In this document: positions 48,494-61,446 of the stretch, piece by piece | Layout: each line of letters starts with the position of its first letter | How positions within the stretch are numbered: the first letter of the stretch is position 1 | Source of the DNA: Octopus sinensis | Lineage: Eukaryota | Direction of reading: 5' to 3' | DNA: 64,000 nt | Assembly (NCBI RefSeq): GCF_006345805.1 | Contig: NC_043005.1 | Coordinates: forward strand, 65,844,001 to 65,908,000 | Notes under the pieces: model-generated | Told to the model about the DNA's origin: nothing | The model's input: only the letters and a program-made list of their open reading frames with translations | Databases searched by the model: none | Position numbers and translations under genes: made by a program

Positions 48494-51400
48494 TCATCAA
48501 TAAAACTGTTAGTATTTTGGCCAACATGGGTATGCTAGTAAATAAATAAGTAACAACAGATGAATAATGTGTCAATTCACTACAGCTGTTTCCAACAGAT
48601 TTTTAATTGATTAATGGAGACATTACAACATTAGAAAAAAACTGTTTTCATCTTTTATCTTTTAATTCAATTGAACAAGAGTTTTAGGGTAAAATGCAAA
48701 ATATAAATGCAGTGCTCCAGCATGGCCACAGTCACATGACTGAAACAAGTAAAAGAGTATATAAGGTCGCCCAGTTATTTATGTATTTACTTATTTAACA
48801 GCCTTGTATCAGCCTACTTTATTGACATAGGGATATGTGATAGAGACACAAAGTCTCAGATTCTGCTATAGGGTCAGGGTGGGTGGGTGGATAATAGTGG
48901 TCATCCTATCAATAAATAAATAAATAAATAAAGAGCATACAATAAAAAATATGTGACCCATCAAGCTGAGTAAAATCGCAGTTGTGGCAGATATTGGTGT
49001 CACGCAACTGACACCCATGTTGGTGGCACATAAAAGCACCCAATACACTCTTGGAGTGGTTGGCTTTAGGGAAGGTATTCAGCCATAGAAACCATGCCAA
49101 ATCAGACTGGATTCTGGTGCAGCCCACTCCCACCAGTTTGCCTGCCCTGGTCAAACCATGCAATCTATGCCAGCATGGACAATAGACATTAATTGATGAT
49201 GATGATGATGCAAGCAAAAGGATAATAGTAAAAGAAATATTATAATAAAAAAATTATTAAAAAATGGAGTTTATAATTTAAAAAAAAGGGGGTTATATTA
49301 AAATGAAGGGGTTATTATAAAAGAATATGGATAATAATGACAGTGACTTTGTAAATAATATCGTAATAATTATAAACATAATTAAAAAGTAAGGAATAGT
49401 ATAATGGAATGAAGAAAAGTAAAATAAAATAAAATAAGGTAATATAATAGGATAATGTACAATAGCATACAATAGCATTTGTACAGATGAAGAAAAAATA
49501 TAAAGAAATTGAAATAAAACCAGTCCTTTTTTCCCTTTTTCCTTCTCCTTCCTGTTACATGTGTATATGCACATGTACATATATACATATACACATACAT
49601 ATATACATACATATGTGCATATGGAGTCATACACACATGTAAACTCTTGTGTATATGTATATACATTCATACACGTATATACGTATACACATATATATAC
49701 ATACATACATATATGTAAAAAGCACCATCCGAATGTGGCCGTCGCCAGTGCCGCCTTGACTGGCTTCCATGCTGGTGGCACATAAAAAGCACCAACTGAT
49801 CGTGGCCATTGCCAGCCTGCCCTGGCCCCTGTACCGGTGGCATGTAAAAACCACCCACTACACTCACGGAGTGGTTGGCATTAGGAAGGGCATCCAGCTG
49901 TAGAAACACTGCCAGATCAGATTGGAGCCCGGTGCAGCCTCCTGGCTTCTCAGATCTCGGTCGAACCGTCTAACACATGCTAGCATGGAAAGCGAATGTT
50001 AAACGATGATGATGATATGTATACGTATATGCATATATATGTGCATATGAAGTTATACACACAAGCACACATGTAAAATTGTGTATATATGTATGTATAT
50101 ACATTCATATACATACATATATGTATATACACATATGTATATATGCATACACATACATATATATGTATACGCATATGTATATACATGCATACATATATTT
50201 GTATACACGTACATATGTGCATATGAAGTCATACAACCAAGCACACATGTTAACTCGTGTGTCTATGCATGCCTATACATTCATACACATACTTACACAC
50301 ACACATGCAAGTAGGCAGCAGCAATGGATACAAGTATTTGTAAAAGATACAACTTGGCTTGTCGTGGGTGGGATTCTTCAGAGCAGAGTAATCATGCCTG
50401 CACACGCACTTGTGTATGCATTTAAAAGCACACATGCACACATGTAGGCAGTCATCTTATAATAGTTTTGCTTGTTTCTGCGTTACTTAGCCCATCTGTA
50501 ATGCTGACACATGATTAGTTAATGGGGTGAGAGGGAGAGGGGGAGGTGAGTGAAATGTGTAATTTTTTTAAGTGATTTTTTTCCTCCATTAGCCCATTTG
50601 TAAGGCTTTCATGTGATTAGTTGAAGGGAAAGATGAAGAGTGAAAGGAAAAGGAGAGAAAAAAGAAGGTAAGGCAAAGAGGGAGAGTGCTGTGTATTAAG
50701 TCTATAAAATTGTGCATAAAGTATATAGATGTATATATAAAGTGCATTAAGTAATCATCGTATTCCAGTTTCCTTCACTTTTCAATGATCAGCAGATGAG
50801 TGACAATCTTCTGATACAGACACAACACAGCCTACGCTTTCAGGTTATTTAGAGAAAGATTTCAGAAATAACCCAGTAAGTTTACCATTAATTCCATGAA
50901 ATATTCAGGGTTCCCAGTAGCAAATACATAAATATACACACAAATATTTGTGCACACATACGTACGGATATATACATGCACTGCCACATAATGCATATAC
51001 ATGCATACATGCAAGCAAACTCACATACACATGAACATGCACGCATATATACATGAATGTTCACATGCACACATACACAGCCATACATGTGAGCGCACAC
51101 AAACGTGAATACATGTACACACTGCCATACTGTGCTTACATAAGGCATTGCACACACACCGTTTGTGTGCAAAAGGTATGTATGATAATGAATTCATTTT
51201 TACAAATTGGTTATAATACTATATATCATCATCATCATCATTGTTTAACGTCTGCTTTCCATGCTAGCATGGGTTGGACGATTTGACTGAGGACTGGCGC
51301 ACCAGATGGCTGCACCAGGCTCCAATCTGATCTGGCAGAGTTTCTACAGCTGGATACCCTTCCTATCTCCAACCACTCTGAGAGTGTGGTGGGTGCTTTT

Positions 51401-51621
51401 ACATGCCACCAGCATGAGGGCCAGTCAGGTAGTACTGGCAACGATCACACTTGGATGGTGCTCTTAGCATTCCACTAGCATGGATGCCAGTCATGCGGTG
51501 CTGTCATCAGCCACGTCAGTGAATTTGATTTCGATATAGATATATATATATGTGTGTATGTACATGTATGTATGTATGTATATATATATATATTATATAT
51601 ATAATATATATATATATATAT

Positions 51622-51674
<53 letters not shown>

Positions 51675-51777
51675 ATATATACACACACACACGTGCATAT
51701 AAATATAAAGTATATAAATATATGCATGCATATAAATATACATGTATATATGTGTATGTATGTATGTATATATATAT

Positions 51778-51831
<54 letters not shown>

Positions 51832-51964
51832 ATATATAGGGAAAGTTTATGAAAAAAAACAAAAGACGAAGACAGGTGGTGTACAAAACAAACAGATGTA
51901 TTAGTATAGCGCTCAGGAATTGAAAAAGTCTTTTACGTTTCAAGCCTACGTTCTTCTACAAAAA

Positions 51965-52245
51965 GGTACACAGAAAAATTAAGAAATTTGTGTAAGTGGA
52001 AGTAGATGTCTTCAAAAAAGAACTAGACATCCTCCTTTCCAGAATACCAGATGAACCAACAGCCCGACATGAGGTATAGTCGAGGGTAGCAGAATCAAAC
52101 TCCCTTATACACCAAATGTAATACCAGCTGGGACAAAGGCACATACAAGAGTGGTGATGTAAAACACCCAGACTGTGGAAGTCAGAAAGACTGTGGTGGT
52201 GCTCCAGCATGACCACGGCCGCATGGCTGAAACAAGGAAAAAGTA
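51965..52245 (+). mobile_element. CR1-group LINE 3' end
   Basis: VEVDVFKKELDILLSRIPDEPT...AESNSLIHQM, followed by the GGTGCTCCAGCATG tail. Confidence 0.75.
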
Positions 52246-54621
52246 AAAAAAAAGGAATATATATATGTATATATATCTATATGTAGATATGTCTATGTAT
52301 ATAAATATATATATACATATATATACATATGTATGTATGTATATATATATATATTCTTTCTCCGTCTTCCTTTCTTTAGACTTTTTCTATATTTCTGATG
52401 AAGAGCTCCACTCGAAACATGAAATCCTTTTTCTTTTCTTTCTTTTCCTGAGCATCCTGTAACACTGTACTTATATATATATATATATATATTTATTATA
52501 TGTATGTATATATATGAACAGGTAACAAGGATGCTAGAGTTCTTTAATGCTAATAACCTGTTGTTCTGCAACACTGACTTCAGGAAATCTAGCAGCCACT
52601 GGTCACCTATGAATCTGGTGGGTGCACAAGCCATATTGACTATATTCTCATCAAGGAATGGGATAGGCAGATGTTTGTGAATCTAAAATCTCTTTCCTGG
52701 TGAAAAATGTACAACTCAACATAGGCAATTAGTGATTTCAGACCTAGAGCTAGTGACATAAATCAAACTGAGAAAGGAAGATATGACAGCCTAAGGATCC
52801 TTCAAACAGTCAGAAATTTAGAGACATACTAATTAAGCATTTGATGGAAAGTGGGGAGAAGATAATCACGTACAACATTGAGGAATTCTGTTAAGATGAC
52901 ATATGTGCAAGACTGGACCTAACTAATTTAAAATATTCCTGATATCTAAATGCTCAAGTTTAACTAGAGAGCTACAATAAATTTCTTTTAAAAGGGACAT
53001 AGCAATTATTTGTGCGCACATTTGTGACTGGATGTGCTTTTTCTTTGCTTTCAGTTTACTATTTTAACCAAATATTGAAAAGCCTCTTGCATATTTTTGT
53101 ATATATATAAAACTACTCTGTTCTTTCCTCATGTAAGATGCTTGGGTTTAATTTAAGTGAAATTTAGTTACTGTTTACTATAGGTTAAGTTATGGTGGTT
53201 TGTATAAGAGTTGTAAGTTAATAAGGAATGGTGTTACATAGTGGCTGGAAGAAATGACTGGCGATATTTTGATTACCTAAATCGGTGAGCTGGCAGAACT
53301 GTTAGCACACTTAGCAAAATGCTTAACAGTATTTTGTCTGGCTTTACATTTCTGAGTTCATATTCTGCTGAGGTCAGCTTTGCCTTTCATCCTTTCAGAG
53401 TTGATAAAAAAAGTACCAATTGAGCACTGTAGTCAATGTAATAACTTAACCTACCCCCAAATTGCTGGCTTTGTGCCAAAATTTGAAACCAATATTTTGG
53501 TTACCTTCCCACCACCAATGTGTGTGTTTAGTTTATAAGTGGGGAAAATATCTAATCTATGAAAAAAAGTTATATATTTTATTAGAGGCTGAAACTTCTT
53601 CAGTCATTACCTAGGGTGTTACATTTCCAATTATTCAGTTGGTGAATGACAAACAGAATGACAATACCTAATGAAAAATAGGGGAAAAAACTTATTGAAA
53701 TATTATTAGTTAACAGCACAGAAATGCATTTTATCTATTTAATTCCATACACATAACTATTTTCAATAACTTCAGTACCATGTACAAGAAACAGATAAGT
53801 ATGGGAAATAACTTTTGTTGACTATATCAAATTTACATTTGCTACTTTTGCATTTTGGGATTGGAAAGAAAATTATCTTTATGATTTTTAAGTGTAAAGT
53901 ATGGATTCAAGTGCCACTAAAAATTCTACTTTATCATCTATTATTAGGCTGGTAGTTAATTTTTTTTTTTTCTAAATTAATAACATGGAGTTGTTTTTGA
54001 TATGTGTTAGTATTAATATCTGAAAGGAATCTATAGGATATGTAGTTATCACTTTCATGTAAATTTTTAGATATGTTGAAAGAAACCTGGGTGTTTTTGA
54101 CTGTTAAATCGTAAGGGTCGACAAAATGATATTCTTTTGATCTTTCTAAAACAGGATTCTAGTCACTGCTCTGCTATAAATGCCCAACTTCAAGATTCTC
54201 AGAAATGAAACTGCCCCCCCCCCCCTACACACTTCCTGAATAAGTTTTCAGCTAAAGTTAAATCTATGTTCTGCTACTAATGGAGTTGTTGGGTTATCAT
54301 TAATATCTTTTCCCTTCTATAGGAATATCATTAAAATCCTTTTCCTTCTGTATACCACTACAATTTATTCCCTTCTCTGGGGATTATACTGCAGTGGTTC
54401 CGTCATTGCCTGGCTTAGGCTTATGCAAGGGTTTCCACTTAAAGGACTTATCAATTATGCTGTGTGGCATGAGTGCAAAATTGTACCACTGCTTGGGACC
54501 TTCATACTTTGAATTGAATTTTTTTTTTTTTTTTTGTTAGAATTAAAGTGTAATGCCTTTATCAAATTATGGACTATCATGATTTTTATATGATACCTTT
54601 TATTTTGTCTTCTCTTTGCAG

Positions 54622-54891
54622 AATTACCATCTGACTTCATTACATTATTTTCATCTACTGGAAGAGACAGGTATTTCCATTTCCATCGGTCAGCTACGCT
54701 GGTACACAACATGTTTCAATCGAGTATTTATCCGTCTCGGTCAGTTCAAGCCTTTCTTCTTGCATATGTGGTTTTCATTTGGTGTTGCTTTTGGCTTGAT
54801 TTCCATGGTGATATCTCTGTTTGTTCTCACTCTGATGGTTTTCAACACTTTAAGTCAACAGCCTGTCGACCAGCAAGTATTAACACCAGTG
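54622..54891 (+). CDS. MBTPS2: Site-2 protease exon 2 (270 nt), NYHLTS...RWYTTCFNR...WFSFGVAFG...QQVLTPV
   Basis: tctctttgcag acceptor, gtatgt donor, phase 0/0. Resembles S2P GLSISPFHIRWQTAVFNR...WFNFG. Confidence 0.93.
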
Positions 54892-55126
54892 GTATGTTGT
54901 TTTGATTTATCAGATGATGGAAGTGGTTGTAGTGACATTGGTTTTTGTTGGTGTTGTTTAATCTTAAAATAATCTTCAGTCTTATAGGTTTGAGTATGAA
55001 AATTATTTAACAAATTTTTAAAATGATATGAAATATTTTCTAGCTTTCTTGGCTCATTCAAAGAAAATTAAAATGTTCTGTATAATAACTATAATAATTT
55101 TATAAGCCATCAATATTCATTTTTAA

Positions 55127-55347
55127 CTCTTTTGTTACCAACCCAGCTGAAACCGGCTCTGGCTCTGTTGTACAAATGCCTTGTTTTCTTAAGGTTTTAA
55201 TTTAAATCTTCCACCAAATCTTAGTGACAATTTATGTTCCTAACACTAGCTGAATGATAACTAAGTTATTTTACTAAATTCTTTGTTATATTTAAAGTAA
55301 TTGAAAGAAACACAGAGCATCTCAAAATTAATACAGTAACGAAAGGG
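55127..55347. mobile_element. piggyBac-like MITE, second copy
   Basis: TTAA-flanked and similar along its length to 1159-1373. Confidence 0.8.
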
Positions 55348-56636
55348 TTAAAGGTTGATGGATGATAGAATTAATAAAACTCTAATAAAAAGGCCTTGCA
55401 GCATTTAGGTACATCCTTCTATGTTCTTAGTTCAAATTCAGCTGCTGAAGTTGACTCTGCAGCTCATCTCTTCCCAGAGCCAAAATTTGGTACCAATAGT
55501 ATATTGAGAATCAATTGAAATGACTATGTCTGCTACTTATGCCAATATAAGAAATCAGTTTTACTTTTGTATATTTTCTGAAATATATGTACAAGATTTA
55601 TTTGCCAACTTACATATCTCATATCAACAACGCTTAAGCTATCCCTTCTATATATTTTTTACTTCTTATGGAAAAATCTATTGTACATAGTGATCTATAG
55701 ACCTTTCTTGGACACCAACATATTTTGCTTACATTTGTAAGAGCTTTGCTTTGAAAATGTGTTGTATCAAATATTGTTGTAGGTTGGAAGAATATGTTTA
55801 CAAATATTAACATGCAGAGAGAGAGAGAGAGAGAGCGAGAGAGATTCTCTACTTGTTAATATTCTCTCAGAGCCAAAATATACTACCAGTAATATATTGA
55901 GAATCAACAGAAATGGTTGATGTTTCCTCTCCTGATCTCTGCTATTTCTGTTACATATCTGCTAAAATCTGTATCTGTTAAATTTTCAAGCAGTTATTTC
56001 TTATTTGCTAGCTGTATATTCATTTAATATTAAAACAAACTATTTAAAAATTTGACATGCATCAGAGATCATTGAAGAGGTCACATGACAAAGGATTTTG
56101 GAAAACGACAAATGGGAAGTTATAACAATGTGTTGTGTTAACATCATCACCATCATGTGGAGATATTTGGCTTAGTGGTTTGGGTGTTGGACTCATAAAC
56201 ATAAGATTGTGGTTTTGATTCCTGGACTGGGCGACGCGTTGTGTTCTTGAGCAAAACACTTCATTTCATGTTATTCCAGTCCACTCAGCTGACAAAAATG
56301 AGTAACCCTGCGATGGACTGGTATCCCATCCGGGTGGGGAATATATACGCCAGGAAACCAGCCCTTATGTGTCGCTATGACTCTAGAAAGTAACTTTACA
56401 TCATCATTATCAATTTAATATCCCCTTTTCCATGCTTGCATGGGTTGGATGGTGTGCATTGCAGCATACTTTCTACAGTCACATGGCTTTCATGTTGCTA
56501 ATCCTTACCTGTTTTCAAACAAAGTAATAATTCCCCATGGCCAGACGTTTTTTCAAAATATTGGAAATGAATGACGTTGCTACTATGACCATGGCACTCA
56601 TTTACGACTGTCTTGTTAATTTCAACACACACTCAC

Positions 56637-56667
<31 letters not shown>

Positions 56668-56707
56668 ACGCGTGCACACAAAAGCTTGCCATAAATGTAA
56701 ATAAGTA

Positions 56708-57221
56708 CCGTAAATCCTCGAGTATAGTCTGCTCTTGAGTATAATACGCAGGGGATTTTTAGGGGGCTGTACCTCTGAAAAACCTAAACGTTGTGTATAA
56801 TACACACCCCTTCTCTAACTTGAGTCAAGGAGGTCTATATAACGTCCTTGGTTTGTAAAACTGTATATGGTAACGTCCTTTATTATTATTGTACATATAA
56901 CATAATGCAAACAATTTAGCTTTTTAGCGCATTTTGTTTGCAGAAAATAAAAGAAATAACAGTAATAAGGTTTAATAAATGTTGCTTACTGCAAGTTATG
57001 GATGATTCTTTTATGACTTCATTGCTTTCAGGCTTTGCTTAAGGTGTTTTCATGCCCGACATCACAAAATGCATTTGAATAAACATTGCGGGACAGCAAA
57101 TAGAGACTCAGACATTGCTTAGAAAATAATTTTCATTTTTAACCTCGTGTATAGTACGCACTAGGGATTTTGACCTTTAAATTTTGTGGAAAAAATGCGG
57201 ATTATACTCAAAGATTTACGG
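56708..57221. mobile_element. pogo/Tc1-like MITE (514 bp)
   Basis: TA|CCGTAAATCCTCGAGTATAGTC...GATTATACTCAAAGATTTACGG|TA: TIRs of about 25 bp with TA TSD. Confidence 0.85.
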
Positions 57222-57369
57222 TAACCATCAAGTACTAGAAATGATGTAATCAGCCGTACCTTTAAGATGATATCCCAATATGACTCCTTTCCAATGACTG
57301 AAATCAATAAAATAATAGGGTCCCATTTACTGTAACATAATTTACTTTATATTGAAAATATATTTGCAG

Positions 57370-57473
57370 ATGCCAGGTGTGAACTTACCTACAAGCCAGA
57401 TGTCATACTATTTACTGACTCTTTTAATTTGTGGAATCCTTCATGAATTTGGTCATGCCCTTGCAGCTGTCAG
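57370..57473 (+). CDS. MBTPS2: Site-2 protease exon 3 (104 nt), MPGVNLP...GILHEFGHALAAVR, containing the HExxH zinc motif
   Basis: tatttgcag acceptor, gtaatg donor, phase 0/2; HEFGH corresponds to the M50 metalloprotease HExxH. Confidence 0.95.
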
Positions 57474-57699
57474 GTAATGTTGATCCTTGTTCTAATTTAC
57501 ACACAGTTCTTTTCTTTTGTGTTTGATTTTAGTCTTTGCAATACAATAGTACAGTACTGAAATGAAATTTTTACTATATCTAGCTTATATTATTGATTAA
57601 ATTCATATATCAGTGATATACTTGCTATCACATCCAACAAAATCTAGTCAAAATGTACTTCCACTCACTTCAAATAAACAAGTCCACTAGTCCTGATGG

Positions 57700-58321
57700 T
57701 GTCACTTCTATAATTCTCAAACATTGTGCCCCAGAGCTATACTTACCAAACTCTTCATTCTCCCTCCCCCCTCTCTCCCCCCTCTCTCTCTTTCTCTTAG
57801 AATTACCTTGCACTCTAGAAGTGTGTTAAAAATGTGTCCCATTCCCAAGAAAAGTAACTTACATTTTGCCAACTATCACTCCAACCATTCGTTTCTAATA
57901 TCTTTAAAGTAATGGAGACAGCCATTAACAATGATGCCCACTTCTACCTTGAATCTCTCTCTCTCTTTAATGACCACCCTATGGTTTCTATAAAGCCAGA
58001 TCCACTGATGACTTTCTATCCTTTGTCACCTACCATTGGGATTTTAGAGTAAATTGATAAGAGGCTCTTGCCTTGGAGAAATTCAGAGAAAGTTTTTGAT
58101 CGTCTGATGTGCAAGTCTCCTATAGAAATTTTCCTCCTATGAGCTTCACCCATCTCTTGTCCCTTGGGTCACTAGCTTCCTATCAGGTCGTAATGTTGCT
58201 GCATATCTTGGAAGAGCTGTTTCTGCCTTTCATTCTGTTTATGCCAGCATGTCCTAAAATTCTCCACCACTCTCTTCCTTGTATACATCAATGATATACT
58301 TGCTATCACATCCAACAAAAT
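57700..58321 (+). mobile_element. CR1/Jockey-group RT remnant
   Basis: Decayed YGF.KARSTDD, EKVFDR, VLKFSTTLFLVYINDILAITSNK. Confidence 0.6.
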
Positions 58322-58648
58322 TTATAATGTATGTACAAGTGTGGAATGGTGCTAGCTGTATTATTTTGTCTCAGGGAAACTTTTCAAAGCTACTTGCTTG
58401 CTAAAAACAGAGGATTCCACTTAGAATGTCACCAGCCAATAGCCAGACACCAATGTTTTAACCTAATTTCATCCTCTCGGTGACGAATACCCACCACATT
58501 CTCAAGACAGTCTGAGCTAAGCCAAAAATTATTTGTTCCAGTAAAAAACACATTCACTTATTTGTGTGAAAGGTGACCAGGCTAGGATTATATATGTGCA
58601 TCTGAAACAGCATTAGATTAAAATGATATATATATGTGCGTATGTATG

Positions 58649-58686
<38 letters not shown>

Positions 58687-59556
58687 CACACACACACACA
58701 CATATAATTAGTGGTTTGGACTTTAGCTGTTCCTTCTAGCGTAAGGGAGTCCTATGATGGAAACTTCTTAATGTGTTTAAATATACACTGTATTTCATAT
58801 GAATAATATATAGTCTGTTGACTAATTTTTCTATATGCTTGGCCACTGGTAGTAAAAATTTTTTAAATCTTTATTACCCTGATTTTATTAATTATACACA
58901 CATATAGATACTTATATCTATCTAGCTATCTGCCTACCGACCGATCGACCCCCCCCCACACACACACACTTAGATTGTAAAGTTACATGTCTAAGTACAT
59001 GTTATTCCAATACTGTTCTTTTTAATTCAGGTAGATTAATCCAAGTTGTGGGTGTTAGGTTTACATTAATTAGGTATAGCTAAGACTGTAATTTGTAAAT
59101 GTGTATTTAGTAGTATGTAGGCATCTGGGTAATTGTTCTGTCAATTTGTTTATAATGTGCTCCTTTGTTAACAATATTGAGAGTGACTCTTTGGAACATA
59201 GCTGGCATTTCCACTATAATGTGTTGTAGGGACTTGCATGTCCCTACAGATAAAATCAGCTAGTGATGTTACATGTCATTTAAGGATTTTTTGAAAGCTA
59301 GCAATGTGGATATGATATCGAACTTTGAAAATATCTGCAAATTTCCTAAAGTAAATCCAACGGAAATGTACCACAACTATGGATGACAACAGGTAGCTTA
59401 AACTGTGTCGGTGCCCTAATCAACATTTTAAAAGCACTAATCTAATTATACGTAGATGTCTAAATTTTCTATTATTATATATATATATATATATATATCT
59501 GTAAATGTAATAATATTGTGGTCTCTTTCATTCTTTTGTTGTTTTACAATTTTTAT

Positions 59557-59588
<32 letters not shown>

Positions 59589-59970
59589 CATATATACTGT
59601 ATATACAAATGTGAAACAGCACTTACCATAATATTTTATCTGAGAAACTTCTGAAAGAGACATGAATGTGTGTCATTAAGGAGACTAAATGAAACTGAAA
59701 CATGTCTGATGATCCATTGATGACATTTTGAGCAAGCCCTGTGTTTTTAAACCCACAAGTCTCTTTAAGAAGTTTTTTGGGTGGGAAGGGACAAAATATT
59801 ACAGCTGGTGTCATTCCATGTTTGTATATACACTAAAAATGTTGTGCACGTAATTATTTTAATCTAATGTCATTTCAAGGATGTATATTAATTTAATAAA
59901 GGCTTGATTTAATCGTTGATATCTAAAATGTCAAATGTTATATCAAATGTTATTTCTTAATTTTTGCTAG

Positions 59971-60217
59971 GGAACAAGTCCATGTGAACGGTTTTGGATT
60001 TTTCATCTTGATACTGTACCCAGGAGCCTTTGTTGAGATGTCCACTGAGCATCTGAAAGTGATAGCACCAATTCGACAACTGCGAATATATTGTGCTGGT
60101 GTCTGGCACAACTTCATTATTGTACTTGCAGCATTGTTGGTTTTACTGCTGTTGCCCACATGTCTGTTGCCATTCTACACGATTGGAAACTCAGTTGTGG
60201 TCAGCTATGTAGTACAA
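59971..60217 (+). CDS. MBTPS2: Site-2 protease exon 4 (247 nt), EQVHVNGFG...YPGAFV...CAGVWHNF...VVSYVVQ
   Basis: tttttgctag acceptor, gtgagt donor, phase 2/0; strong match to S2P [21 protein letters not shown]...CAGIWHNF. Confidence 0.95.
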
Positions 60218-61446
60218 GTGAGTGACATCTATCCCTTATTTGTTTAATTTGAAGTGTTCAGAACAGTTTCTTATCATAACTGAAAAATGTTGTAATATGT
60301 TAATTATAATTTTCAGAGAATGAAATAATTCAGTTACATTTTTAATTTTCTTTGTTTTTATTAATACTAGCAGTATTGCTTGGCGTTGCTCGGGTTTGTT
60401 TTCTTTTCGACCCTTTAGAATTGGAATGTTTGAAAAGTAAAAATTTTGCTTTATGTAGCTTGTTATTCTCTTTAAGTTAACATTTTTCTGGTTGAAATAC
60501 ACCGAAAAATGGTGACACAGCTGTCAAAAAGTCTTTAAAAATTGGGATTTTCATAGGAAAAAGCACCTTTTTGATGTAAATAATTTTTGGTGTTAACATG
60601 GTCTGATTTGAATTTTTTCTTCTATGGAAGGAAGAGCATGCCTTCTTCTATCATACTCTCAATTTTGGTCAACTTACGCTGCAGGGTCTCGGAGAAGATA
60701 GTGTTAGTTGAAGGCTACCAAACCTACCATACACATACAACTTCAGCTTTATATATATAGATAGATTTAAAAGTGTAGCACAGATGCAGGCATGGCTTTG
60801 TGCTACGCTTGCTTTCAAACCACATGGTTCTGAGTTCAATCCCACTGCTTGGACAAATGTCTTCTACCACAGTCTTGGACCAACCAATGCCTTCTGAGAG
60901 AATTTAATAAACAGAAACTGAAAGATGCCCATCATGTGTACACGTATGTGTGTGTGTGTGTTTTTGTGTCTGTGTTTGTCCTCCACCACCACTTGACAAC
61001 TGGTGTTGGTTTGTTTACATCCTTGTTACATAGTAGTTCGGCAAAAGAGACCAATAGAATAAATACCAGGTTTAATACAAATAAATAAGTGCTGGAGTTG
61101 TTTTGTTTGACTTAAATTCTTCAACATGGTGGCCACAGTCTAATGACCGAAACAAGTGAAAGATGAAAGATTGAATTATTAATTTAGACTGCTTACTTTG
61201 GACCAATCTCCATATATTTTTTAGGTGCATTTTATATTTATTTTGAAATATATTGTTAAGTGCAGGTGTGGTTGTGTGATAAGAAGCTTGCTTCCCAACC
61301 ACATGGTTCTAGGTTTAGTCCCATTGTGTGGCATCTTGGGCAAGTGTCTTCTTCTGTAGCCTCGGGCTGACCAAAGCCTTGTGAGTGGATTTGGTAGGTG
61401 GAAACTGAAAGAAGCCTATCACATATATATTTGTATATATTTAAGT

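Noticed and set aside
55465-55920. About 50-bp degenerate direct repeat (CAGAGCCAAAAT...TATATTGAGAATCAA)
   Set aside because: Looks like two eroded SINE fragments rather than a specific structure.
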